From Candidatus Woesearchaeota archaeon (GTDB taxonomy: Archaea > Nanobdellota > Nanobdellia > Woesearchaeales > UBA583): a stretch of DNA of 64,000 nucleotides. The stretch lies in contig OZ242164.1 of assembly GCA_965205335.1 (NCBI GenBank), positions 64,001-128,000 on the forward strand. The letters run 5' to 3'. Both the position numbers and the translations under genes were made by a program. Numbering within the stretch: position 1 is the first letter of the stretch; the number at the start of each line of letters is the position of its first letter. Of this stretch, positions 1-10,020 are shown piece by piece. A model generated the notes under the pieces. The model made no database searches. It was given only the letters and a program-made list of their open reading frames with translations, and was not told where the DNA came from.

Positions 1-74
1 ACTAAGAGTTAAACAAAACTCTTATTCTAAATGCAAGAAAATACTTGCTGAAAAGTACAAATGCTTTGTAAGTA
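1..74 (+). pseudogene. IS481-family transposase fragment (second copy, runs off window start)
   Basis: Closely similar to 31791-31865 (ACTAAGA.TTAAA.AAAACTCTT.TTCTAAATGCAAGAAAATACTTGCTGA.AAGT.CAAAT.CTTTGTAAGTA); similarity stops at the family-B end at ~77. Confidence 0.7.
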
Positions 75-124
75 AATTTAGTCTCTACAATATTTTATCT
101 CTTAATTCTTTCGTCTCTCTATTT

Positions 125-1078
125 TTAATTTAGTTCATAATGCCAACCTTCAACTTTATCATAAGGTGTCATATCTGTATCACTTGTAGTTTCTATATAC
201 AATTGCATTTCTCCAGTATCTACGTACACTATAACATGATTAACGTCTTGAGGATCTGTTGGATTATCTGCATCCATATCAACTAAATTAACTTCCCAAT
301 CTTGAGGGACTGCTTTTAACATACTTGCCAATAATATGGCTGTATCTTCACAATCTCCTCCACCCGAAAGTAATGTCTCATATGGAAACTTTGGTGTTTC
401 TTCGTTTTCGTATGAATAAGTTGTCAATTGTGCGACCATATACCATAAATCATAAATAAATTCTTCATCATTTGAATAATCATTATACATTTCTCCAATA
501 ACATCTTCAAAAGAACTTCCATCAACATAAGATGTAAAATCCATTATTTCAAAAATTTCACCATCATCATTTCTTAATTTTATATACTTAACGTTAAAAT
601 TTCTTTCATAGAACCCACGAAATAAGTCATGTTCCATAGTACTAAATGGTGTAGTCCATTCAATAGTCTCATTATTAGGGAGTATAAAAGATGTGTAAAC
701 TGTTTGATTATATATAGTTATATATGGTGGAAATACGCCAATTTTTGCTAAATTATTATAACCATCTACAAGCTCATTGTAATCATTTATAATATTATCA
801 TATTTAATATCAAGAGATTTATAATTACTTTGAAGTCGGTTATGATAAATATTAAGTTCTTTATGTTCTTCTTCAAGATTATTATAATCAGTCTTCAATT
901 GATTTAATTCACTTTTAGTATTGTTTGCATATTCAATCCATCTCAATGTTTTTTGATATTCTTTTTCTGTGTGTACAGATAACTGATAGTGAAAGAATCC
1001 CAAAGCAACTAATGCTATAAATAAAATTACTATTATTCCATAAAGGATCCTCTTTAGTTTTTTGTTTTTGTTCTTCAT
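125..1078 (-). CDS. Membrane-anchored coiled-coil protein with transglutaminase-like Cys protease domain
   Basis: N-terminal TM helix, heptad coiled coil, GGGDCEDTA...NHV...IETT Cys-His-acid motif. Confidence 0.8.
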   Translation of the reverse strand: MKNKNKKLKRILYGIIVILFIALVALGFFHYQLSVHTEKEYQKTLRWIEYANNTKSELNQLKTDYNNLEEEHKELNIYHNRLQSNYKSLDIKYDNIINDYNELVDGYNNLAKIGVFPPYITIYNQTVYTSFILPNNETIEWTTPFSTMEHDLFRGFYERNFNVKYIKLRNDDGEIFEIMDFTSYVDGSSFEDVIGEMYNDYSNDEEFIYDLWYMVAQLTTYSYENEETPKFPYETLLSGGGDCEDTAILLASMLKAVPQDWEVNLVDMDADNPTDPQDVNHVIVYVDTGEMQLYIETTSDTDMTPYDKVEGWHYELN

Positions 1079-1176
1079 ATAATAGTTAAGGGTTTAAATT
1101 ATTTATATAAATTTATGTTAGTTTTTCGTGCAAAATAAGTTGATTTATTCAATTTCCTCTATCAACGCAGTTTTTG

Positions 1177-1255
1177 AAAAATTATTGTTTTTGCTAATAA
1201 TATTTAATTACTAATTTAGAATAAAAATTATTTGGTTTTGCTAATAATATTTTAT
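1177..1255 (-). repeat. Two units of the 47-bp-period repeat family (inverted relative to the 33.1-33.4 kb array)
   Basis: TTGCTAATAATATTT at 1191 and 1238 (47 bp apart); reverse complement matches the AAATATT.TTAGCAA core of the 33123 array. Confidence 0.65.
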
Positions 1256-1368
1256 CAATAGGATAAATAGGAAAATTTGAAAAGTGAAACATAATTCACA
1301 CTTTTTCTTACTTATTCTTGATATTAAAAGAAAAAGTATTTAAATAAGTGAAAACAAAATTTATAAAT

Positions 1369-2136
1369 ATGGTACAAATTCCGATAAAGGTTAAAGAGAG
1401 ACTTTATAAGGAAATTCCAAAGTTTAAGAAGATTCTTGAAAGGATTAAAGATAGGGATGTAAACGAAGCAGATACTGTCACTGTTGTAGTGGATATGCTT
1501 GAAAGAGTTTTTGGTTTTGATAGATATTCGGAAATTACAAGAGAATTTCAAATTAGGGGGACATATTGCGATTTAGCAATTAAAATGGGTGGAAAGGTAG
1601 AATACTTAGTGGAGGTCAAAGCAGTTGGGATTAAACTTAATCTCTCACATGTAAAACAAGCGAGAGATTACGGAGCGAACAAGGGAATCTTGTGGGTTGT
1701 TTTAACGAATGGAGTTCGTTGGATTCTCTATAAAATTTCTCTAAAAGGGAAAGTTGAGGAAGAAGTAGTAATAGATTTTAATTTTCTTAAGTTAGACCAC
1801 AGAAAAAATAGCAATGATTTTGAAAAAGTTTTTATATTATGCAAGAAAGGTTTATCAAAAAATCTTATGGATGAGATTTATGGGTATAAAAAAATTGTAA
1901 ATAGTAACGTTCTTGTTGATATTCTATTAGATTCTGAAGAAGTTAAATCTACAATTAGGAAGCAATTAAAAGTAATTGGTAATGGAACAAAAGCCAGTGA
2001 TGAAGAAATTGGAAATTTACTTAAAAACGAGGTAATAAAAAGGGAGTTTATTGAGAGAAGAAATGCTGATGGTTATAAGTCAGTTGTAAGGAAAAAGAAA
2101 AAAGTTACTAAGAATAAAGAGAAAGATGAAAAATGA
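1369..2136 (+). CDS. Stand-alone HsdR N-terminal (HSDR_N-like) PD-(D/E)xK nuclease domain protein
   Basis: NEADT...CDLAI...LVEVKA...QARDYG...VVLTNG motifs; ATG 1369 lies ~23 nt after a TATTTAAATA box. Confidence 0.8.
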   Translation: MVQIPIKVKERLYKEIPKFKKILERIKDRDVNEADTVTVVVDMLERVFGFDRYSEITREFQIRGTYCDLAIKMGGKVEYLVEVKAVGIKLNLSHVKQARDYGANKGILWVVLTNGVRWILYKISLKGKVEEEVVIDFNFLKLDHRKNSNDFEKVFILCKKGLSKNLMDEIYGYKKIVNSNVLVDILLDSEEVKSTIRKQLKVIGNGTKASDEEIGNLLKNEVIKREFIERRNADGYKSVVRKKKKVTKNKEKDEK

Positions 2137-2270
2137 CACAAAAACAGGCTAAAATCTTAAAACTTTTTCAAGCGGGGAAGACTACAAGACAGATAGCAAA
2201 AGAACTTAAAATAAGTGAGGTTGCAGTGAGACAACACAAACATAAAATTAAACTAAAAGAACTCAAATAA
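2133..2270 (+). CDS. Small LuxR-type HTH protein (45 aa; missing from ORF track)
   Basis: MTQKQAKILKLFQAGKTTRQIAKELKISEVAVRQHKHKIKLKELK*; ATGA overlap with upstream stop. Confidence 0.75.
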   Translation: MTQKQAKILKLFQAGKTTRQIAKELKISEVAVRQHKHKIKLKELK

Positions 2271-2275
2271 TTACA

Positions 2276-2395
2276 TAATCATTACATAATATTGAGAAAA
2301 TGCTATATATACAAGGAAAATCTATAAATTATGTAATCATTGCCTAATATTGAAAAAATGCTATATACATAAGGAAAATTCATAAATTAGGTAAT
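2276..2395. repeat. 58-bp imperfect tandem repeat, 2 copies
   Basis: TAATCATT.C.TAATATTGA.AAAATGCTATATA.A.AAGGAAAAT..ATAAATTA.G at 2276 and 2334. Confidence 0.8.
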
Positions 2396-2463
2396 GGGTA
2401 AATCTGCAACAGTAGAAATTTTTTAAGATAGATTTATATAGTTTGGATTGTTACTACTATATT

Positions 2464-3354
2464 ATGAATAAAAAATTAAAATGTCTTGTAATTATGTCAA
2501 TTATAACCATTGTAATTATCGGAGTTCTCACATTATTTATTTACTCTGATTTAGATACAGATGATAAACCAAAAACAAACATCATGAGTGATAAAAAAGA
2601 AGTTGAGATTGTAAGTATTCGTATTTTAGAAGAGAATCCTAAATTTAATTCTAATAATCAAATTTGGAGTATTTACCAAATTGAGAGGAGAGACACAAGA
2701 AGGGAAAACCCAAGTTTTTCAATTGCTCAAGAACAGGAAGAGCAACAGGAAGAAGAGATTGAGGAAGAAGTTGAGGAAACACAGGAAGAGGAGCTTGTTG
2801 AGGAGACAGTTGAGGAAGAAGAGCTTATTGAAGAAGAGGAAGTTGTTGAGGAAACTGAGGAAGTAATTGAAGAAACAGTTGTTGAAGAGGAAGAGGAAAC
2901 AGTTATTGAAGAAGAGGTTGAGGAAGAAGTAATTGAGGAAACAGTTATTGAAGAAGAAGTTGAAGAACAGGAAGAGGAAACAGTTATTGAAGAAGAGGTT
3001 GAGGAAGAAGTAATTGAGGAAACACAGGAAGAAGAAGTTGTTGAAGAGCAACAAGAAGAATTAGAAGAAGAACAGGAAGAGGAAGAAGTTGAGGAAATAG
3101 ATATACATAAATTATGGAGTTTACAAGTAGCCTCTGAGATTTATCTTGAAAATCTGGCAGAGATTAACTTCCACAAACAAGAAATAGAAAAAATTGAGAA
3201 TGATACAACCTTAACTTTCAGAGAAAAAAGATTACTCTGGGGTCGCCATTATGGTTTAATTTCAGGTTATCAAAGGAGTATTAGAATAAATTTGAAGTCG
3301 TATAATGTGACAGTTAAGGAAGTTAGGCAATATTTGAATTTAACAACCTCCTAA
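2464..3354 (+). CDS. Membrane-anchored Glu-rich low-complexity protein
   Basis: N-terminal TM; ~125-aa EEEVEEEVIEETVIEEE repeat stalk; small C-terminal helical domain. Confidence 0.75.
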   Translation: MNKKLKCLVIMSIITIVIIGVLTLFIYSDLDTDDKPKTNIMSDKKEVEIVSIRILEENPKFNSNNQIWSIYQIERRDTRRENPSFSIAQEQEEQQEEEIEEEVEETQEEELVEETVEEEELIEEEEVVEETEEVIEETVVEEEEETVIEEEVEEEVIEETVIEEEVEEQEEETVIEEEVEEEVIEETQEEEVVEEQQEELEEEQEEEEVEEIDIHKLWSLQVASEIYLENLAEINFHKQEIEKIENDTTLTFREKRLLWGRHYGLISGYQRSIRINLKSYNVTVKEVRQYLNLTTS

Positions 3355-3682
3355 AACACTTAAAAAAGTGTAAAAACATGGTCATCCATTCTAAAATTAT
3401 AGAAACTACTAATATCTCTCCTTTTTCTACACTGTAAAGTAATCTCCAAGCATTAGGTAAGTTGTATTTCCATAGATTGTGGATTTCATATTTTCGTTTG
3501 TATGCTCTTGGAATTAGTCTTTTTGGTATTTGGATGCCACAAAAAGCATTTTCTTCTATGTCTTTAAATGCTCTAATTAACCATTCATAAATCTTTTTTC
3601 CGTTAGAATTAGAATTTTCTAACTCTTCGAATGCTTCTTTTATTTTTTTATTTGCGAATCTAATTTTTGATGGTAGTTTCAT
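3323..3682 (-). pseudogene. Archaeal RelE/ParE-like toxin, C-terminus probably replaced
   Basis: CGIQIPKRLIP..Y...NLWKYNLPNAWRLLYS...ILEWM; the tail after ~3378 is unlike the family and overlaps the convergent gene. Confidence 0.6.
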
Positions 3683-3905
3683 TGTTTGATATTCCAAAAT
3701 AGATGTTTATTTTTAATATGCTTGTCTATGTCTTCTGGGTAATGAATCCATCCTATTTTATTTTCGGAATCAATAGAGATTTTTCGTGAGTAAAGCAAAT
3801 AGTCTAATATTACACAAAAGGTTTGATACATCATTTTTCCCATAAGGCTCTTTTCTTAAATTCTCCGTCATATTTTTTTATGAATTTTTCAACCATAAGA
3901 ACAGT
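3679..3905 (-). pseudogene. Frameshifted, 5'-truncated partner (antitoxin-like wHTH) of the RelE-like gene
   Basis: TVLMVEKFIKKYDGEFKKRALWEK / MMYQTFCVILDYLLYSRKISIDSENKIGWIHYP in two frames; stop overlaps the toxin ATG. Confidence 0.55.
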
Positions 3906-3909
3906 ATTA

Positions 3910-6822
3910 TTAGTAATTATCTAATATCTTATCTTGCTGATTGTTGTAGTTAATTGGTAGATCTTTAACTTCCGAATATTTCTCTATTTCTTTTAAAAAT
4001 TTACTCTCTTTTGATTTCATAGTATAAATAGTTAGTTCTTCTTTTGCTCTTGTTAAAGCCACATAAAACAATCTTCTCTCCTCTTTTTCTCCTTCAAAAC
4101 TATTTAAGGTTGCTATATTGAATATTGAAGAATTTTCCAATTCACAAGGAAATCCATATAATCCTTTAGTAACATCTAAAATATATACATATTTAGCTTG
4201 TAATCCTTTACTTTTATGAACTGACATTTTTCTAACTCTATTAATCCCTTCTCTGTTTGATTCAGAAAACTTTATCCCTTTTTTTCTTGCAAATTCATTT
4301 AAAGAATTATACAATTTTTTATTCTTCATTATCCTTCCAAGAATCAAAATATCATTGGGTTTAACTCCAGAACTAACTTTTTCATTAATGTCATTAATAC
4401 AATCCCTTGCAATTTGAATGTAATATTGACTTTCATAACCTTTCTGATGTAGCGAAGAAATAACTTTAATTTTTCTTTCTTCTTTATTAGAAGCAACTGT
4501 TTTCTTCTTTGTTTGAGAATTACCATTTACCTTAATTAAATCAGCTCCACAATCAACTATTGACTTTATACTTCTATAATTATTAATTAAATCAGTTCTA
4601 TGGGGTTTTTGAAAGTACTTTGAAAAATTTACAAAATAATCTAAATTAGAACCAGTAAAACTCATAATACTTTGCCAATCATCGCCTACTACAAATAATT
4701 TACAATTATCATTCTTCCTTAATAATTCATTAATTAATAAGTATCTTTGATAACTAATATCCTGATATTCATCAATTAAAATTTGGTCAAATTTATCGGT
4801 GTAGAGATTTTTATTTTTTTTTAATTCTTCAACTGCCAAATTAATCATGTCAGCAAAATCAATTTTACCTTCTTTTGATAGAATTTCTTGGTAATCCTTA
4901 AATAAACCTAAAGCCACTTTCGTAAATGCTATCTCCTTTCTTGACCAAGATTCATTATTTAATCTTTTCTGAATTCCCTCTGGTAATAATCCATAACTTT
5001 TTGCAATGGAAATAAACTTTGCAATATTTGATGGAAGTCCACGAACAGATTCTTTACATTCTTTCCAAACTTTTTCAATTAATTCATCATAAGGAATTTC
5101 TGTTAATTCATACTTTTTTTTAGGGTTTTTTTGTCTTAAAACTTCTAAAAATTTCTCTTTTAATAATTTATTATAATTATTAGAGGTTTTATATTCTCCA
5201 TAGGATATTTCAATTAATTCATATTTATCTTGTTCATTAAATTTAGATTTTTTAATATTCATTCCTTCAATATATTCCTTAGTAGGATTATCTCCAGAAA
5301 ACCAATCAGGAACTTTATTATCTTTATTTAAAGCCCAACACTCTAAATATATATCAAAATCAGGAAAAAAGAAATCAGGTGCTGGTTCTCTTTCTTGTCC
5401 TTGTTCATTTTTATACTTCATCCAAGATGCCTTTGTTTCATACTTTATTTTGATATTTTTTCCATTTAATTTATGTGTAAAAAAGAAATTCATTACATCC
5501 CTTTCAAACTCACTTTTAACCTTAGTTTCATTTAGTGAAGTAAATGAGAGATTTCTATTATACTCAATATAATCTTCTTTTTCTTCAAAATGTTCCTCTT
5601 CCTTTTCTATTTCATCATCTTTAAAATATCTAGCATAATCCAAGATTAAATTCTGAAATTTCTTGTCTGATAATTTATATTCATATTGTTTTTTAATAAA
5701 TTCCTTCAATTCCTTCTCAAAGTTATCTCCTGAAAATATTAAGGATATTTTTTTACCAGCATCTTCAAGAATCTTCCTTCCTAATGAATGAAATGTTCTA
5801 ACATCAACATCTACTTTGAAATTTGACTTTAATCTTTCTTTTATCTCATTAGCGGCTTTATTCTGAAATGCAATAGCCAAAATCTTATCTTCTTTAATTC
5901 CATCTGGATTTCTTTTTATTAAATATGCGATTCTTCTAATTAAAACCTCTGTTTTCCCTGAACCTGCTCCTGCTACAACTAAATTATGTTTATCATCCCT
6001 AACTATAGCTTCTTTTTGATAATTGTCTAATTCTCCGTAATCGGTTTTGAACAATGAAGCATATTTCTCTTTTCTAATCTTTACAAAATTATCGTTGTAC
6101 TTTATTATTTTGTCCTTAATTTCGTTCAAACTTTCATTAAATGAGGTTAATTTCTCTCTAACTTCTTCTAAACTACGAGTTTTAGGATATAAAATGTTAA
6201 TAGTCTCTAATACATCTGAAACTTCTTTCAACATTTTTTTTAAATCCGAATAGATTAAATAAGTATCTCTCTTTTCAATATTTTCATATTTCCTTTTAAG
6301 AGAATTAAGAGAGTCTTCTAACTTAGAGATTTCCTTAGTAAATAGATTAATTTTTTCTTTCTTTTCTTTATATGGTTGGGTTGTTAGATGAAATAATTTG
6401 AGAAAAGAATAAAGAATAAGAAGAGTGAATGCTAAGATAACAATAGTTTCTATTGTTTGTACAGCAATATTTTTGTTATTTTCAGTTATTTTATAACTAA
6501 CTTTTTTATTAGTCTCTTCAAATTTTAGATTGTACTTTCCAAAGAAATAATAATTGTTGTATGTTATAGTGTTGCAGGAATGTACTCTGTCGTTGAAAAT
6601 ACATAAACTTGACTTTATATCCCTGTCTAATTCTTCTGAAATTTTATCCATATTGGAAAGAGTTGGCAGATTATTAAGTTTTTCAAATAATTCTTCTTGA
6701 TTATCAATAATGTTTGTATTATAATAGAAAAAAGATAGTAAGAATATTGAGATAAGTGAAGTTAATAATAAATATAATTTGTATTTATTATCTTTTTTAG
6801 TTATTCCCTCTAATAGTTCCAT
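3910..6822 (-). CDS. UvrD/helicase IV-like SF1 helicase with N-terminal TM segments and an inserted nuclease-like domain
   Basis: AGAGSGKT, IDEYQD, VGDDWQSI, NYRS, HKSKGLQ, EERRLFYVALTRAK; internal PDF...YLECW; two hydrophobic N-terminal segments. Confidence 0.9.
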   Translation of the reverse strand: MELLEGITKKDNKYKLYLLLTSLISIFLLSFFYYNTNIIDNQEELFEKLNNLPTLSNMDKISEELDRDIKSSLCIFNDRVHSCNTITYNNYYFFGKYNLKFEETNKKVSYKITENNKNIAVQTIETIVILAFTLLILYSFLKLFHLTTQPYKEKKEKINLFTKEISKLEDSLNSLKRKYENIEKRDTYLIYSDLKKMLKEVSDVLETINILYPKTRSLEEVREKLTSFNESLNEIKDKIIKYNDNFVKIRKEKYASLFKTDYGELDNYQKEAIVRDDKHNLVVAGAGSGKTEVLIRRIAYLIKRNPDGIKEDKILAIAFQNKAANEIKERLKSNFKVDVDVRTFHSLGRKILEDAGKKISLIFSGDNFEKELKEFIKKQYEYKLSDKKFQNLILDYARYFKDDEIEKEEEHFEEKEDYIEYNRNLSFTSLNETKVKSEFERDVMNFFFTHKLNGKNIKIKYETKASWMKYKNEQGQEREPAPDFFFPDFDIYLECWALNKDNKVPDWFSGDNPTKEYIEGMNIKKSKFNEQDKYELIEISYGEYKTSNNYNKLLKEKFLEVLRQKNPKKKYELTEIPYDELIEKVWKECKESVRGLPSNIAKFISIAKSYGLLPEGIQKRLNNESWSRKEIAFTKVALGLFKDYQEILSKEGKIDFADMINLAVEELKKNKNLYTDKFDQILIDEYQDISYQRYLLINELLRKNDNCKLFVVGDDWQSIMSFTGSNLDYFVNFSKYFQKPHRTDLINNYRSIKSIVDCGADLIKVNGNSQTKKKTVASNKEERKIKVISSLHQKGYESQYYIQIARDCINDINEKVSSGVKPNDILILGRIMKNKKLYNSLNEFARKKGIKFSESNREGINRVRKMSVHKSKGLQAKYVYILDVTKGLYGFPCELENSSIFNIATLNSFEGEKEERRLFYVALTRAKEELTIYTMKSKESKFLKEIEKYSEVKDLPINYNNQQDKILDNY

Positions 6823-6824
6823 TT

Positions 6825-7619
6825 TTAATTACTTTTTGTGCAGGTATACTTCTCATCTAATCTTTCTACAATTACAGAATATGATTTGTAATAATCAGAG
6901 CCTAAATTTCTGTCAGCATAAACTGTAATTGAATAATTTTTGTTTACTGCAGAAATTTTATAAAACATATCCCTAAATTCTTTTCTTCCAATAACCTCGG
7001 TCTTGTATGGTTCTTTGTCTCGTACAATCCATTTCTGGAAATCTTCAATTTTGGGAGTGTCTGGAAAGTATTTTGCCACATCTAAAATTTCATTTTGTAC
7101 GTCTGATATCTCTTTTTGTTTAGTTGCATCGCTAATTTTAAAAGTTAATTCATTTAATTCTGATTTTTTAGTTGAAATCTGACTATTTAACGAATCTACT
7201 TGATTTTGTTTTGAGATTTTAATTCTTTCTAATTCTTGTCCTATTTTGATCTTCTCCTGTTTTTTTTGAGAAATTTGTTGGTTTAACACATCTACTTCTG
7301 AAGTTAAGTTTTGAATTGAATTTGTATATGATTTGCAGGCAAAACTAATTTTATTTCCTTCTTTTAGTAGGTATCCGTTTATTTCTATATATTCACCCAG
7401 GATTAAGTTGTATTTGTCAGAACATTCAATTAACTTAATTTTAATATTGTTTTTATCAACAATGTAATAAAATCCATCTTGATATATCATAACTTTTCCT
7501 TTAATATCAATATTTTTATTATAGTAGTTTTCATTATATATGAACTCGTTGTAATCGTTACTTCCTACACTACAACCAGATAGAATAATTAATAGTAAAA
7601 GTAGCATTATTGTTTTCAT
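6825..7619 (-). CDS. Lipoprotein-like protein with OB-fold-like domain and coiled coil
   Basis: LLLIILSGC lipobox-like signal; YYNKNIDIKGKV OB-like strand; heptads; 2 bp from the helicase start. Confidence 0.65.
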   Translation of the reverse strand: MKTIMLLLLLIILSGCSVGSNDYNEFIYNENYYNKNIDIKGKVMIYQDGFYYIVDKNNIKIKLIECSDKYNLILGEYIEINGYLLKEGNKISFACKSYTNSIQNLTSEVDVLNQQISQKKQEKIKIGQELERIKISKQNQVDSLNSQISTKKSELNELTFKISDATKQKEISDVQNEILDVAKYFPDTPKIEDFQKWIVRDKEPYKTEVIGRKEFRDMFYKISAVNKNYSITVYADRNLGSDYYKSYSVIVERLDEKYTCTKSN

Positions 7620-7672
7620 TCTTTATAAAATTATAATATAAGGTGAGAATATGCAATTTATAAAACTTTTGA

Positions 7673-8761
7673 GACCCTGTCCTGAAATTGTTTTCTTCAA
7701 AATTTGTACTAACTATATTCAATCAAAGAAAAAAATTATTTGTCAAAAATTACTTTATTTATATAATATTTTTCACCTGTATATTACTTCCAACATTCTC
7801 TACCACATTTACTATTTTAATTATTTATATCTATTCTTCAATTCTCTTATTTGTTTAACATCTTCAGTTTTCTTTATCTGCTGAATTTCTCCATTAATTA
7901 AATGAATTGATTCTAAAACTATTTCCTTAGAATTACAACTTGGACACTTTGCAGGGATTCCCATAGATTTCCTAATTTGCCATAAATAATTACAATCCGA
8001 GCAAATCATATATTGACCCTGATGAAGAATCCATTGTAAAATTTCCTTTTGTTTTTCTTTTAAGCTTAAAATAAGAGGTTCTTTTTCCTTATTCAACTTC
8101 TTTAGATATTCCTCCTTTATTTTCAGATATTCTTTCTTTGAATACCACTCACCTTGAAATTTAAGTAAACCTTTCTCAATTTGTTTTTTTTCATATTCTT
8201 CCTTTTCTCTTTGCTTTTCTCTCTTTTTTCTTTGTCTTTCCTCAGAAATCCTTATTTTTTCTCTTTGCTTTTCTCTCCTTTTTTCTCTTTGCTTCTGCAA
8301 TTGGTACTCATGCACTAATTTTTCAACAATATAAACATTTTTGTACTCATTAATACTAAAAAAAATAAATGGAATACCAAAGAGTACAAAAAAATAAATT
8401 AACCAAGACCCAGTTACTACTCCAAGAACTATTGAGAGAAAAAAACTAAGAAACCAACCAAAAGATACATTAACTTTTTGATTTAAATAAGTATTTCTAC
8501 AATCATAAACATATTTTAACATTTCCTTCTTAGTTCTAAATTCCTTATCTGCAAACCTAAAAACCATAAAATAAGTAATTATAAAATTATTTATAAAACT
8601 TCAGTTTAAAATTACCCTCGTCGCAAATTAAGAGGAGAATACAACGCGAGTTTTTTTTAAATAGGATTCTCTGAAACCTAATTATCCTAATAATTATTTA
8701 TTTATATAAATTTCGGTCTTTTATTAATATTTTAAGTTCTCTTGAATTTCCGGACAGAGTC
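7673..8761. mobile_element. IS5-type MITE split by a ~0.95-kb passenger insertion
   Basis: 7673-7772 matches the left 100 bp and 8725-8761 the right 37 bp of the 128-bp MITE; TAATATTTT occurs at both junctions. Confidence 0.8.
7821..8567 (-). CDS. Two-TM, charged coiled-coil, C-terminal Zn-ribbon protein
   Basis: TM hairpin; KQREKRREKQREK repeats; CSDC...CPSC. Confidence 0.75.
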   Translation of the reverse strand: MVFRFADKEFRTKKEMLKYVYDCRNTYLNQKVNVSFGWFLSFFLSIVLGVVTGSWLIYFFVLFGIPFIFFSINEYKNVYIVEKLVHEYQLQKQREKRREKQREKIRISEERQRKKREKQREKEEYEKKQIEKGLLKFQGEWYSKKEYLKIKEEYLKKLNKEKEPLILSLKEKQKEILQWILHQGQYMICSDCNYLWQIRKSMGIPAKCPSCNSKEIVLESIHLINGEIQQIKKTEDVKQIRELKNRYK

Positions 8762-8763
8762 TA

Positions 8764-9255
8764 TTAGAAATTATCTAATATCTTATCTTGTTGAATGTTG
8801 TAGTTAATTGATAGATCTTCAACATCAGAATATTTCTCAATTTCTTTTTTAATTTCTTTTTCTCTTACTAATGCCTCAAATCTATTTGATACCTCTTCAG
8901 AATATAATAATCTTTCAATACCGTATTTTTTGGTATACTGTGCTCCTCTTCCTCTACAATGTTGTTTATACCTAAACCGTAAATCATAAGTCATTCCTAC
9001 ATAAATTCTCTTATTTTTACACAATAATATATATACATAATGTGGTTTAAGTAATTTACTTTTATTATGTTTTAATTCATTATATATGCATTTTTGACTT
9101 AATTTTGTCTCATATTGAAGTATTAAATTTAATATTTCCTCTGAATCAATTTCCTCTAAATTAATTTGACTATAATTTCTTCTTCTCTTATTATGTCTTC
9201 TTCTTTTATAAATTGATTTTCTAATCAAGATACCAATCATCTTTTCTGTATTCAT
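8764..9255 (-). CDS. GIY-YIG nuclease (UPF0213-like) with a helicase-like tail
   Basis: HYVYILLC...YVGMT.DL..R..QH..G.GA.YTK...EAL.RE..IK; last 27 aa closely match the helicase C-terminus. Confidence 0.8.
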   Translation of the reverse strand: MNTEKMIGILIRKSIYKRRRHNKRRRNYSQINLEEIDSEEILNLILQYETKLSQKCIYNELKHNKSKLLKPHYVYILLCKNKRIYVGMTYDLRFRYKQHCRGRGAQYTKKYGIERLLYSEEVSNRFEALVREKEIKKEIEKYSDVEDLSINYNIQQDKILDNF

Positions 9256-9503
9256 TATTTACCAGTAATAACTTTATATATATATATAAACTTTATGCAA
9301 TTCTCAAGATTATTAATACATTGTTAGAGTTATTTATATCAAATTACAGATGAAAGTGAATATGTATATTTTGAAGAAAAGGAGATAGAGATGGTTCTGT
9401 CCATAAATTGTTTATCTTAAAATAAATTAGTAAGATTTTGTACAAAACACTTATAAAATAAATACCATTTTATTTTGTTAAAATAGAAAAAAAAGAAGAA
9501 ATA

Positions 9504-9803
9504 ATGGGAGTTGAAAAGTGTACTGATGAGATGTTATTATATTTTTATGAAGAGATAGTGATAAAAGATAATAAGTTTGTTGATAGATTTAACTATCTGA
9601 AGCATATGCAAGATATAGGAATTAATATAAGAAAGAACGCAGATGCAATTAACCATTCATTTGACAGTCTTAGTAACTGGGGTATAAAAATAGATAATAG
9701 TGTTGAAAATATTCTTGATATTGGAGTAAAGAATTTTTGTGTTAAAGGATTAACACCTGAGGGTATTAGAAAAGCTAAGGAGTTGAAGAATAAAAGAAAT
9801 TAG
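9504..9803 (+). CDS. Hypothetical protein, wHTH-like
   Basis: C-terminal GLTPEGIRKA wing-like motif. Confidence 0.55.
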   Translation: MGVEKCTDEMLLYFYEEIVIKDNKFVDRFNYLKHMQDIGINIRKNADAINHSFDSLSNWGIKIDNSVENILDIGVKNFCVKGLTPEGIRKAKELKNKRN

Positions 9804-9858
9804 ACTCTGATTAATTAAAGAAAAACTTAAAAATATTATACTCTTTGTTATATTTATT

Positions 9859-10020
9859 ATGAGAAAAAATATTAGATGTCCTGATTGCGAATGTACTGCT
9901 TTTCATATTAATAGAATCTCTGAAAATAAATATGAGTTAAAATGTTGGTCTCAAAGAAAATGTACAAAGTACATAAGAGTATTTACCACAAAAGATGACA
10001 CATTACAAGACTTAAAATGA
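9859..10020 (+). CDS. Small Zn-ribbon protein (53 aa; missing from ORF track)
   Basis: MRKNIRCPDCEC...KCWSQRKC; TATA upstream; ATGA overlap with the next gene. Confidence 0.6.
   Translation: MRKNIRCPDCECTAFHINRISENKYELKCWSQRKCTKYIRVFTTKDDTLQDLK

Larger units (their letters stand above)
77..1355. mobile_element. Family-B end pair enclosing a passenger gene
   Basis: Left end TTTAGTCTCTACAATATT (also at ~28884); 1275-1355 is homologous to 29233-29320 and includes the AAAAGTG..CACTTTT hairpin. Confidence 0.45.

Noticed and set aside
2681-3054. Lys/Arg-rich and Phe/Leu/Asn-rich overlapping ORFs
   Set aside because: Alternative-frame shadows of the GAA/GAG-rich Glu repeat
7651-7884. 77-aa ORF
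   Set aside because: Mostly a translation of the non-coding MITE half
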